A stretch of 58,415 bases of DNA, filler included, from Catajapyx aquilonaris (lineage: Eukaryota), in NCBI GenBank assembly GCA_000934665.2. It is 4 parts of 4 records of this genome, joined end to end, with 100 filler letters (N's around TTAATTAATTAA, not from the genome) between each part and the next. Parts side by side here need not be neighbours in the genome. Positions count along the whole stretch, not along the records: positions 29,269 to 43,792 come from JYFJ02007751.1; positions 43,893 to 58,415 come from JYFJ02007752.1; 2 more parts are not named here. One strand, 5' to 3'. Within the stretch, counting starts at the first letter, position 1. Each line of letters opens with the position of its first letter. Shown one piece after another: positions 36,851 to 47,681 of this stretch. Both the position numbers and the translations under genes were made by a program. The notes under the pieces were generated by a model. The model did no database searches. It was not told where the DNA came from and worked only from the letters and a program-made list of their open reading frames with translations.

Positions 36851-38776
36851 ATGAAGTCCGTTTTGATCATCATTGCATTCACTTTGGTGAAACCGCATCT
36901 AACATCCTTGCTGCCTCACAATCAATCAGAAGATGACCTGGTGGCCGCGCTTATCAAAGAAACAGCTAGCCGAATGCCAGAATGTGCCTTCATATTAAGC
37001 CATGATTACAAAACATTACCACCAGCTTTGTCCAACGTACTGAAGGACACCAACAATCAGAACCAAATCACGTTGCCAGTACAATGGAATCCGTCCATCC
37101 CAGAGTCACCCAAGGTGTCAGAACCGGGTCAGTTCGAGTACTGGTTCTCATGGTTGGAGCGACCCACTGCGCAACCAATGGCCAACTGCATCTTCATGGC
37201 GATGATCAGTAAACAGGGTCAATATTCACGGATGATGAACTACATAGCAAGCCTGGTCAAGATTGACCCAAGAACCAACCGGATTCTGTACTTCGGTACG
37301 GACGTCCAGAAGGAACTGACCAGCAACGACTTGTTCGGGTACCAGATGGGCCTGGTGAAGAGCGAGTCGTCCAACTCACTAGTTATCATGAACAAGTGTT
37401 GGTACTGCAATGGCGGTAACCCTGCTGTGCTGAATAGGGGTGAGTACAACGCATCTGGAGTCACTCCCAGCGACTTGGAGCTGTATCCGGACTACACCAC
37501 GGACTTGCAAGGAAAGCACATCAACATCTCTTTCGTGTTTGAGACCACTCCGGACGACATCCGTTACATATTCGCCAACCGTCTGCCCATGTTTCCCTAC
37601 TGCTTCATGTTCCTGGATGCAGGAGACTACCTCAACTTCGATTGGCACCTGGAGTCACCCGAGGAGATCCCTGGAGTACCCGGAAACATGCGTGTGGCTG
37701 ACGGGAACTGGACTGGAATCATCGGGGTTCTGCAAAGGAAGGAGGCTGTTCTCGGGGGCAACTACTGCACAACCGACAGCTTCAGCGTGGTCAGCATCCC
37801 TTCGTGCTTCATCAACGCTCCCATCACATTTGTCAGGCGAGTTCCTCGACCTCTTTTCTCCTGGACATCCATGTTCAAGCCTTACACCCGAGGGATGTGG
37901 GCCTGCATCACCCTGTCCGCCCTAATCACCAGCTTCATCTTCCTGTTCCTGCTCAAGATGCAGTATCCCATCAGATATCCTTTCCCAGAAGACCTTCAAC
38001 CACCACGATCCAACATCCTCTACTCCTTCCGATACGTGTTTTCCTCCCTGATTGAAGAGAATCCCAACTTGATCCCGTCCCCGTCCTCATTGAGATTGCT
38101 GATCTGCTTCTGGTGGCTCTTCTGCGACCTGATTGTCTGTGGATACGAAGCCAAATTCTTCGGGTTCCTGGTGTCACCGGACATGGAGCCCCTACCGAAT
38201 GACTTCCAGGAGATGGCTTCTTGGCCCAACTGGGAGTGGGGCTCGATGGACCTGATTGCGTCTCAGATGAAGGAAGCCATCGACCCATCGGAGCTTGACT
38301 ATCACAAGATAATCATTCAGAAGATGCAGGATGGCGGGGACATGACCAGTTGTGTGAAGAGGGCCATGAAGGAGGATTTCAGCTGCGTGTCTGTCGACGC
38401 TGTCTTGTATGCTGTGGCATACCAGCAGATGGACATGGAAGGAAGGGTTCCTGTGGAGGTGTCGAGTGATATGTCACTCAACCTCAATGCTGGGATATCC
38501 ACACCCAAGTACTCGTTCCTAGGCCCCTCCATAAAGAGGCAAGTGCTCAGATGGAATCAAGCAGGGTTGGATGCGATGTACATGGATTACTTTGTGCAAG
38601 CAATAGCCTTCATGAGTCTGAAGTCGGCCAGAAAGGAGATGTTGTCCTACGCATTGTCTATGGAGCTCAAGATCAGTCAGTTGAAAGGCCCGTTTGTCAT
38701 GCACTGTGGATTCATGTCAGTTGCGGCTGTTGCTTTTGTATGCGAGTTAGTTCGATTCACATATGGCACAGTCTAA
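36851..38776 (+). CDS. Divergent ionotropic receptor (IR; iGluR-derived chemoreceptor), single exon, 641 aa
   Basis: Hydrophobic signal peptide; S1 motif DGNWTGIIGVLQRKEA; pre-TM FKPYTRGMW plus TM; SLRLLICFWWLFCDLIVCGYEAKFFGFLVSP (the SYTANL-equivalent helix); last TM LKGPFVMHCGFMSVAAVAFVCE; intact ORF. Confidence 0.92.
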   Translation: MKSVLIIIAFTLVKPHLTSLLPHNQSEDDLVAALIKETASRMPECAFILSHDYKTLPPALSNVLKDTNNQNQITLPVQWNPSIPESPKVSEPGQFEYWFSWLERPTAQPMANCIFMAMISKQGQYSRMMNYIASLVKIDPRTNRILYFGTDVQKELTSNDLFGYQMGLVKSESSNSLVIMNKCWYCNGGNPAVLNRGEYNASGVTPSDLELYPDYTTDLQGKHINISFVFETTPDDIRYIFANRLPMFPYCFMFLDAGDYLNFDWHLESPEEIPGVPGNMRVADGNWTGIIGVLQRKEAVLGGNYCTTDSFSVVSIPSCFINAPITFVRRVPRPLFSWTSMFKPYTRGMWACITLSALITSFIFLFLLKMQYPIRYPFPEDLQPPRSNILYSFRYVFSSLIEENPNLIPSPSSLRLLICFWWLFCDLIVCGYEAKFFGFLVSPDMEPLPNDFQEMASWPNWEWGSMDLIASQMKEAIDPSELDYHKIIIQKMQDGGDMTSCVKRAMKEDFSCVSVDAVLYAVAYQQMDMEGRVPVEVSSDMSLNLNAGISTPKYSFLGPSIKRQVLRWNQAGLDAMYMDYFVQAIAFMSLKSARKEMLSYALSMELKISQLKGPFVMHCGFMSVAAVAFVCELVRFTYGTV

Positions 38777-38985
38777 TCGGAAGTAGGGCCTATATATCTC
38801 GCAATTATATTATTTATCGTAGTAATGGTGACGCATGTATTGCAAGCGTTTATAGAAAGCACATTCCGAGGCACTTCTTGTTAAGAGTTTGTTCACCTGA
38901 TGATTCATTCATCGCTCAAGTTGTAGTCGCAATAAGCTATGTTGTAATGTTACTTCAATGTGGATATAAGCTCCAAATAAATTTG

Positions 38986-39278
38986 CCAGATTGGACCAAA
39001 CATGTCAGCCATCTTATCCGGTTGGCCATACCCTTTCGAGACGGATTGACCCTGCCATCTGACGGGGGACGCCACAACCAGCCAAGGACGCCGACAGAAC
39101 GTTCTTTTTTCCTCGCCTCACTTTCCGAAGAGATGACGTCGCTTCTCCACCGCTGCTGCCCCGGGCCCGCCCCCGGGTCCGCCCCTGGTCCGGCCCACCA
39201 CCCCTGAGGGAACGAGGAGCCTTCCCCCTGCACGACACACAGGTACGCATCACCCCACTTCCTTCCCCCTTCCATAAA
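38986..39278 (-). repeat. GC-rich ~300-bp repeat, right member of the inverted pair
   Basis: Inverted homolog of 35709-36007; joined directly to the Merlin transposase remnant at 39279. Confidence 0.9.
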
Positions 39279-40034
39279 GGCCTGTGTCTGGATCTACAAA
39301 GTTGACGGAGTGGTTCACTTTCAAGTGCTGGAAACCTTCGTTTGCCAGACAATCATATGCTTTCCAATAATCACTCATTATGGTACTACCCTCACATATC
39401 TTGTCCTTGATCACTGCCAATAGAGTTTCTTGGTTCGATTGGGAACGTTCACCATGAACACCATCTTAGGGTCACTTCTCAGAATCCCACCGAAAATCCA
39501 TTGACCATCAACCATTCGTCCCCCGATGGTACTTTCTTCTACCGAATTTTGCCTCATCCACTTCAACAACTCCTTCTCCACCAATCCTTCCTTGCTTTCC
39601 TTGCACAGTAGCCCAATATATTAAGACCTCGCGGCAAAAAGAACACCAGTCCACGACGGAGATATTCGCAAATCTCGCTCCAGGAATTCCTGGCGTGGAG
39701 GATCCCTTGTGAGCCATAAGTAAACGATGCTACAGATGATGTGAAGTGGTAAATGTGATCGAGCAAAGAAGGTTCCAACCCGAGCAGAATGGGAATACTT
39801 GTGATGCTTAGCTTTCTGCTTTCTGACAGATATAGACCTGTGACAGGTGAATGTCAGTTGTTCCCAATTGACCCGGCATGGTCTGCCACACACCTGACAA
39901 ATATGCGTCGCACTTATCAGTCCGTGGTTTATGAGGAATCTCAGCGAATCATACCGGACGTTGATCATCAGAAAGAAGTCATTACACGTCATTAAACACC
40001 CCGTACACTGTTGCACCACATTTTGATCTGCCAT
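39279..40034 (-). pseudogene. Merlin (IS1595/ISXO2-like DDE) transposase, frameshifted and 3'-truncated
   Basis: Across frameshifts: C..C zinc ribbon, GTFFARSHL, VVDWCSFCREV, IGGEGVVEVDEAKFGRRKYHRG, GQWIFGGI, GSTIMSDYWKAYDCL..EGFQHLKVNHSVNFVDPDTG; ends before the final catalytic Glu. Confidence 0.88.
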
Positions 40035-42202
40035 TTTGATCACCCCAACCCCTAACTTTGGGTCACGGAGAGGGTATCGAGTATCGACAGGTGCAACCAT
40101 TGGTATCAACTCGGGCCGACCCGAGGAGCCCTATAAAATATGGCGCCGCGAGGAGTAATGGGATGTGTGGCCTTTGTGTTGATATGTTTGTAACTTCGGT
40201 TCTACAAGGGTGTTTGCACTGAAACAGCTCTTCCACGCCTCGGAAGAGGCAGCCCTAGGTATCTAGACACTTAGTTGAATAGTGAGTATCACAAGAATGG
40301 CTGTAGGTCATTACCCTATGGAATGACCATGGACCTGCAGGTGCTGAACGTTAATTGGCCCCCGCGCAGACTGCCCCCAGAGTGATATTGTGAATGCGAC
40401 TTTCCTGTTACTATCCGGCCTCTTGTCCACGTCAGGTGGTTTGGCTCCAGGGCTGATCTTCCTGGGATTTTTTGGGGAGATCATCTGCCCCAGGGCCAGA
40501 CCACCAGATGCGCACAAGCAGTTCCCAGATAGTAATGAGAAAGTGGCATGCGCAAAATCATTCTGAAGCTTCGAGCTTCCTCTGTCTCTGTTTTGGTGCT
40601 GAAACGCCGCCATTCTTGTTGGCTTGTGCTATCTGGCGCCAATGTACAGCACATAATGAGTTGCAATAATGATTTTGACGTTGAAGTATACTTCTCAGTT
40701 CTGACACGTTGCTGTATGGCATTACTTTTCGTGTGCCTGGAAGAGAGGCAGGTTCAGGAAGAAATTCATTTTCCCCTAATCTGTCCCAATGAGCTAGCAC
40801 TGTAGATCCCACCATCACTCACCCGCCCAAAACTTCCCACGTCAACATATGTAAAATTGTAATTGGCATCACAAGATGCCACGAGGACTATGCTGTGCAC
40901 CCCTTTGTAATTAAAGTATTGGGGGCTCAGAGTTAGGTGGGGCTTGAATGATCACATGTTTCCCATCAACAGCCCCTACACAATTGGGATACTGCCAGCG
41001 TTTGCCAGACTCCAGTACTAGAAATCTCAATGTGTGCTTTGTACAGGAGAAGTGGACAGCAAACCTCTTCAAATCTGAGCTTCTTATCCACTGAATATCT
41101 CATCTTGAACTGTGAAATGTTATAGGCTGTTTTTCCCAATTTGGTTATTTTGGTCTTATGCTGAGCGCACAGCGTACTACTTCAATTTTGACTTATTTAC
41201 TCAAAGTGGAAGCATTAATAACACAATCCATACATAGGAAAAGGAAACGTCCATTTCCCATATGTGGTCTTCCTGGATACTTCATGTACCTGAACTGCCA
41301 TGCTAGTGCTATGTCACAGTGTGTATGGTTATCCTTGCCCTTTCCCTTATTGCCTGTACCAGCAGGGGCAGTCCTGCTGCACAGGAGGAGAGGTGTTCAG
41401 GATCTCCCCATGACCCTCGCCTATCACGTAGTTGTCGGCTGCAATCGGGAGGTATTATCGTCAAGATCCCAAGTTGTCGTATGGCCCTGCGATACAGCCC
41501 TGATGATGGCAGTGGTACAGCATGCCTGGATGCAGGTTCCTTGTCTTTATGGATGTGCAGGTGTCAAGTTATGTGTCAACTGCCAATAGGTGTTCCCTCA
41601 TTCTAATCACAAGTACATAATTATGTGCAAATACTCTTCTTGTGCTCTAAACAAATCTTGTGTGTCTGTGTTCATACTAATGATAAACTGCGTGTAGAGC
41701 TGCTGATAAACAAGGTAGAACAATGTGTAGACTGTCGTACCTTTTATCATATTCATCCATCCCCTCATTTATTTGCGTGATGAAACATCAATGTTGGCCA
41801 TTTCCATAATAATATTCGGATGCTAGTTACTATGTAGCATTTGTAGTCATATCCCAATGCTAAAATACAGGCCTGGTAATTTTTAATATGAGGTAATGGT
41901 ACCACGCTACACATATGCTGCAGTTTCTTGCTGATTTGTCCAGCAATTTTGACAGTAGGAGATTCCCCTGGTGGGGCGCCACATGCAGAATTGGAGCTTC
42001 ACTAAAAATTTCGCTGAGCACTTATCACTGTCGGAGACCAAAAGGATCATATATGACCTGAAAGAGCATGACGTACTTTACATTTTAAGGCAAAACAATC
42101 GAAATTCGATCCAGCCCCACATGCCGAAATTTTGGGCCGACAAATCGAAAAATCGCGAAAAACCCTGATTTTATGAGTTTTGTTACTTATGAAAGTGTTG
42201 GG

Positions 42203-42755
42203 ACTATCGCATCACACTTCCTTCTGTGACATGTACTGTTGGTATTGATTTTGGTGGTAGTAATTGTGAGAGCGCTTCATGTGCAGGTTGCCCAGACCAC
42301 GGACGGTGCAGGAAGCTCTATCCTTTGGAATAGGAGCAATACCCTTGGAGGAATCCGTGTCCCTGTTGGTGTCTAGACATTTCACTTCCAGCAAACCCTA
42401 TGTGCCCTCATGTGAAAGGCATTTCTTCATTCTTGTTTTTGAAGTCCTTGGCTTCCACCGACTTCCACTCCTTTCCAGCCTGACCCCTATGCTGACCATT
42501 GACGTGTCATTGTGCCTGATTTCTGTAAATTGAGTCGCAGTGGTTGATGCCCTCAAGATGTGAATAGTAATGGGCTCATTATTATTGATGAATCTTCTCA
42601 CAGAATGGGGCCCTCTTTCGTCGACCATTTGGTCAGTAATTGTGATCAGCCTTTCAAAGTTGTGCTTATACACATGGGTAGTTACCTCATATTTTTCTGC
42701 TATAATGCGCCCATCAATATCAGGATCGCAGTCAGCTCCAGGGGTTCAATATAGG
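42203..42755 (-). pseudogene. Degenerate YqaJ-like (lambda exonuclease family) recombinase, probably transposon-borne
   Basis: GRIIA (cf. GRITAS), GLLEVKC, LHMKRSHNYYHQNQYQQY and RKCDAIV occur in the expected order, with stops and frameshifts. Confidence 0.55.
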
Positions 42756-43517
42756 CCCAGATGTGGTCCTCGGAATCATTTAACGCAGATTGCACCATGG
42801 ATCTGCAGGCTCCATGTAGTAGCATAAGCTGTTTTTGCGAAGAACTGCCTGAGTTGTATTAGTTCCTCGCAAGCTTCTCTCTCGCCACAACGATTTGTCT
42901 GCCTTGGAGCATATATGTATTTATACTCTTTTCGGAGCTCTGTGGAGTCGTCGGCTTGGGCGGCGGCTTCGGCTGCGGTGGCATCGGGTCTAGCGTCGCG
43001 TCTGGTCTGGGTGCAATCCAATAACTATTAAATAACAATGAGATCTGCCAGGTTGCTAAAGTTAGTCCCACAGAATTGGGTCGTAGCCAGTAATGGACTG
43101 CGTCCAACCTATGGATATTCTTCCAGCAATAAGGCCCATCACAGGCCAGCCAAACAAACAGGCCACGAACTATCATCATAAGGAAAATATTTAGCACACA
43201 ATTGCCAGCTGTGCTCCGCGTGAAGAGTCATTCAAGAGTCTTGGTCATAGTATTGTGACCGGTTTGATGGCACATGGGATAGTGGGTAATGTCCAAACAT
43301 ATTTATTGCCGTTAAGTTCGGGAGGAAGGGAAAAAGGGATAGGAGTATGATGAATGGGCCATGGCGAGTGAAAAGCCTCGGATATGGATGAGCGTCTCAA
43401 TATATGGCCTAATGTTTATTCAATTTCACAGTGCCTCCTCCTTTATGTGTCCATTGCATGCATTAATTTATGCTGATGACATTTCCATGCTGCTGGTTAC
43501 ATTGCATATGGGTTAGT

Positions 43518-43634
43518 ATATCTCACTGTAACCGTCAACCTCTCCGTTTGTGAAATCGGGATTCTCATTACTGTCATATGCTTGGATATGAGAGGCTCCA
43601 CACGTCTGAGGAGCTCATCAAATTGCTCCGGTGT
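43518..43634 (-). mobile_element. PIF/Harbinger (HARBI1-like) transposase N-terminal fragment
   Basis: TPEQFDELLRRVEPLISKHMTVMRIPISQTERLTVTVRY matches the typical F..L...V.P.I.K..T.MR..I...ERL.VT.RY block. Confidence 0.7.
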
Positions 43635-43792
43635 TGCAGGCTGGTTCCATTTCAATCCAGACGGTGGGTGCCCAGTCATGGTCTTCGATTTTTTAAAAAA
43701 AAATATATGTGAAACCCACGTCCAATTGAACCCTTATGGAGCAATCAGTTTTACGAGATTAAATTTAGTTATCGAGAGATTAATATTTCTTT

Positions 43793-43892
43793 NNNNNNNN
43801 NNNNNNNNNNNNNNNNNNNNNNNNNNNNNNNNNNNNTTAATTAATTAANNNNNNNNNNNNNNNNNNNNNNNNNNNNNNNNNNNNNNNNNNNN
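43793..43892. other. Artificial assembly spacer
   Basis: 44 N + TTAATTAATTAA + 44 N. Confidence 0.95.
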
Positions 43893-44860
43893 AAACTACC
43901 CCTAGTGATACCCCAGGGGCATATGTGGAGGCCTCCGTACGGATCTGTTTAGGTCACACCAAGGGACATACGTCTTGAAATATATATTAGATTTACATGT
44001 ATGTTAAAGAGACTGTTAAAGTTAAGTGTGTGACTACATATGGACAATGCAGTGAAGATGTTGCTGACAGGAAATCAATCATGCAAGCTGGCCACAAAGA
44101 TTTTCCTTCAAGTATTTATTAGCGTCACTAAATATGTCTGATTCTTCCCACGAAATACACACAGGCCACATCTAAGAAAGAACAAAATAATATCAGTCCC
44201 AGCGAACATTATAAAAAGTTGATCCGCATATGCGCAACATGCATACCTAAATGCGCACTGTACAAGACAATATGCAGCTGTAAGTGTTTTGCACCACATT
44301 ACGGAAGACAACATTAATTATTTTGTGCAGACAAAATGCTTCCAATCGCATGTGCAAGTTTGATGTGTCATTGTAAATATTATTGCAAACTATGTTTGGA
44401 AAATCTGACGTAATCTTGCACAGAAACATTATGCTCTTGCATTTTTTAGCATGGTTTGGAAAGAATGTCACCAAAGCCAGCATGAGTTACATTGATATTT
44501 TCAGGCTGAGGTCATGCTTGCCTAATTATTTCAGCAGGAAGTCCCCGGTCTACGAACAGGATCATGTTCCTGAAAATGCCCATAAGTTGGATTTGTATGT
44601 AACATTGGAATCACTGAGGAACACAGGACAATACATATACCCATACAGAATGTAAAGATGCTGCTCCAATGATCTGCTTACCTCACATGTGTTCGCTTAC
44701 ATGCGCGGCAGAAAGTAATCTCCCAATTATTTTTGGTTCTGTTGAAGTTGGTGTCAGTCTACGTTACGTTTACAGAAGTGACTGAACGAGGAGGAATAAT
44801 TTATTATAAATGATCCTTATAGAGAGCCTTGGGAGCCTGTTCTTAGGTCAGTCGGGTCAT

Positions 44861-46124
44861 TCATAAACCGGGGGCTTCATGTATTACATTCTGTGTTAAA
44901 GAATGAGTTCGCATGTGACATTTCAAAGAGTTTGACTGACTAAAACCTTTCTGGCACACCTCACAAATGAAAGGCTTTTCACCCGTATGAGTACGCATGT
45001 GCAGTTTCAAATTGCTTGACTGACTAAAACTTTTCTGGCACACATCACAAATGAATGGCTTTTCTCCTGTATGAGTTCGCATGTGCACTTTCAAGGCCAC
45101 TGAATGTCTAAAACCTCTCTGGCACACATCACAAATGAATGGCTTTTTGCCCGTATGAATTCGCATGTGCAATCTCAAATTGCTTGGATCACTAAAAATT
45201 TTGTGGCAGACCTCACAAATGAATGGCTTTTCTCCTGTGTGAGTTCGCATGTGCAGTTTCAAAGTTCTTGACTGACTAAACCTTTTCTGGCACACCTCAC
45301 AAATGAATGGCTTTTCTCCCGTATGAATTTGCATGTGCATTTTCAAATTGCTTGAACTGCTGAAACCTTTCTGGCACACCTCACAAATGAATGGCTTTTC
45401 CCCCGTATGAATTTGCATGTGCTTTTTCAAAATCCATGAATCCCTGAAACCTTTCTGGCATATCTCGCAAATGCATGGCTTTTCTCCTGTATGAGTTCGC
45501 GTGTGCCTTTTCAAACAACTTTGAGTATGAAACTTGTTGTTGCACACCTCACAGTGAAATGGTCTCTCTCCTGCATGATTTCGCATGTGAATTTTCAAAT
45601 ACTTTGCAGTACGCAATGTCTTCAGACAAATATGGCAGCGATGCTTTTCACCATGAGTTAACATGTGAATTTCCATTTCATGCAGAGTACTAAATAATTT
45701 CTGGCATATTTTGCATGCACTTGGATTTCCTGTAGTGTTCATTTCCTCCTGGATTCTGCTCTTTTCTGCTCCATCTTCAGCGGTATTTTGCACGATCTGA
45801 AACGTGTGAATCAAGTGTAGTGCATATTTATATCGCAATTTCAGCATGATTACTTACGGCGCTAATCCTTCTGGACCCAAGTGCTAATGGGTCGTCCTCA
45901 TCTTCGACCGCACTGGACGTGGCCACCTCCATCTCTTCCTCCTCCTCCGCTGGCTCCTCTTTGATCTCATGCAGCGTGTCTCCTATGAAGCCTGTTGTAG
46001 AGTCCCCTTGGAAGCATCCCTGTGCCTCCTCCTTGAGCCGCAGCCTCCATGTCTCCTCCACTGTCACGTCTCCTTCCTCCAGCTCCTCCTCCTCCTCCTC
46101 CTCCTTGACCCCCAACGAGGTCAT
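44861..46124 (-). CDS. C2H2 zinc-finger protein, copy 1 (exons 46124-45858 and 45796-44861; ~400 aa; 10 fingers)
   Basis: ATG at 46124 (MTSLGVKEEE); 61-bp phase-0 intron GCC|GTAAGT...TTTCAG|ATC; TGEKPF-linked fingers; probable 5'UTR intron at 46177-46306. Confidence 0.88.
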
Positions 46125-46396
46125 GGCCCTGCAGGTCACCCAATCACCTCAATCCACGTCCCAACCTTGGGAGGGTCTGCCAAAGAGGAACATTCGGATG
46201 TGCCTGCCGCACACTTCACAACAAATAAAGGCCTGCCCTTCCACCCTCACACCTGAGCCCTCCTTCCCTGTGTACTGAGCATGCCCTGCACACCAACCCT
46301 AGTTACCTGCACTCGTTCCAGTGAAATTACACGTCCAGTTAAACGTCATACACTTGGAAAGTTGAAGATTCCAGATCTTCCAGAACAAAACGTGGG

Positions 46397-46437
46397 CGCC
46401 ATCTTGGAAAACGAACTGTTGTCAATGGTGCCAACAC
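46397..46437 (-). promoter_or_regulatory. Conserved promoter module of the ZF genes (YY1/Pho-like AAGATGGCG plus GTTGG[C/T]ACCATTG)
   Basis: The same two motifs occur upstream of copies 2 (48973-49020), 3 (51538-51586), 4 (54740-54778) and 6 (58091-58139), while neighbouring sequence diverges. Confidence 0.55.
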
Positions 46438-46929
46438 GAAACCTGTTTGCATAATCACCATACGAATTAACTATTAATTAGGTAATTACCTGCCGCGCAT
46501 TTAACCACATACTGAGAGTATGTGATCATCTGTCCCTTAAAAAATAATGTTAATTACCTGTTGCACGGTCTGTTGGCATCATGTTGTGAACCCGGGCATA
46601 TTCAAACAAGGGTGGTTGGCATGGAATTCTTAGTGTCGCTGCTAAGAACAGCCACTGCTTAAACTAGCAGGACCAGATTTAGAGATGCCCCTCCCTGAGT
46701 ATCTCTAAAATACTGCTAAGGCAGTCTACATCAGGCTGATCTGAAAAGAAGAAAAAAGCCCTGCAGTTGCTGGAGTCTCTGGGAGGTTCACAGCTGCGCA
46801 ACGTCAAGATGATGGATGACATTCAAACTAGGAAACGAAAAGAATTTACAAATATGATGTATTGTGAATTCCTCTTTGGTGTTACATAAGGAGCAATAAT
46901 TTTCTAAATCCAGTTGTATTTTGTAGTCA

Positions 46930-47320
46930 TTTAGGCCCCAAATTCACTCCTGGAATATTTGATTTTCCAAGTACTTCTTTGAGGTCAGCCAGGACAAGAT
47001 TAAATCACAAGGGAGATAAAAGAGTTTCCCTTAATACCCCTTTCGTGACTGGCACGGTATCAGGATGGTTTTCAATATTATTATATTGGCAGATAGATAA
47101 ATACGTTAAATTATGGAGAGGAACTTACCACCTACTCCTATTTTTTGGGAGTTTGTACCACAATAAGTTATGTTCCACACTATGAAAAGCTTTGGATAAA
47201 TCCAGAAACAATGTAAAAAGCTTGCCTCTCTTCGGTGACAACGTGAAGATCTGGTCAGCACAGATCCTGCCATGTAGAAAACCAGCCAGTTCATCTGGCA
47301 AAATCTGGTTTATTTTCGAT
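46930..47320 (-). mobile_element. Non-LTR retrotransposon reverse transcriptase fragment
   Basis: ELAGFLHGRICADQIFTL...LFLDLSKAFHSVEHNLLWYKL...VPVTKGV...LSPL*FNLVLADL (RT motifs) with stops and frameshifts. Confidence 0.75.
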
Positions 47321-47681
47321 CTACTTGCTCAAAAGGGCAGCCAGTATAGCTGTTAGCAACATTAACATATTGTTTAATAGAGATATTGGTCTATATATCG
47401 CAAAATATGGCGATTTCAGCAGATTACATACCGCACAGTGGGCTCAGTAATGTCATTGCATAATATTACTAAGCACAACATTTGTCGAGACAAAATGTTA
47501 CCAATCACATATGCAAGTATGATGTATCATTGTAAATTAAATAATGTTTTCTTGCACAGAAAAATTATGCTCTTGTATTCTAGCATTAATTTGAAATAAT
47601 GTCACCACAGCATGCACCACTTTCATTATTTATTATGATAATATTATCATGTTGAGAACATGCTTCCCTGTTTCATAAGAT

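Noticed and set aside
38551..39207. 218-aa ORF overlapping the IR 3' end
   Set aside because: Alternate-frame read-through from the IR CDS into a repeat; no domain
45797..45847. ORF-track starts of the finger ORFs (MLKLRY..., GTG starts)
   Set aside because: They fall in or just after the conserved 60-bp GT-AG intron; the true start is the upstream MTSLGVKEE exon
45919..46278. Plus-strand Ser-rich ORFs opposite each acidic exon
   Set aside because: Antisense shadows of GAG-rich Glu codons
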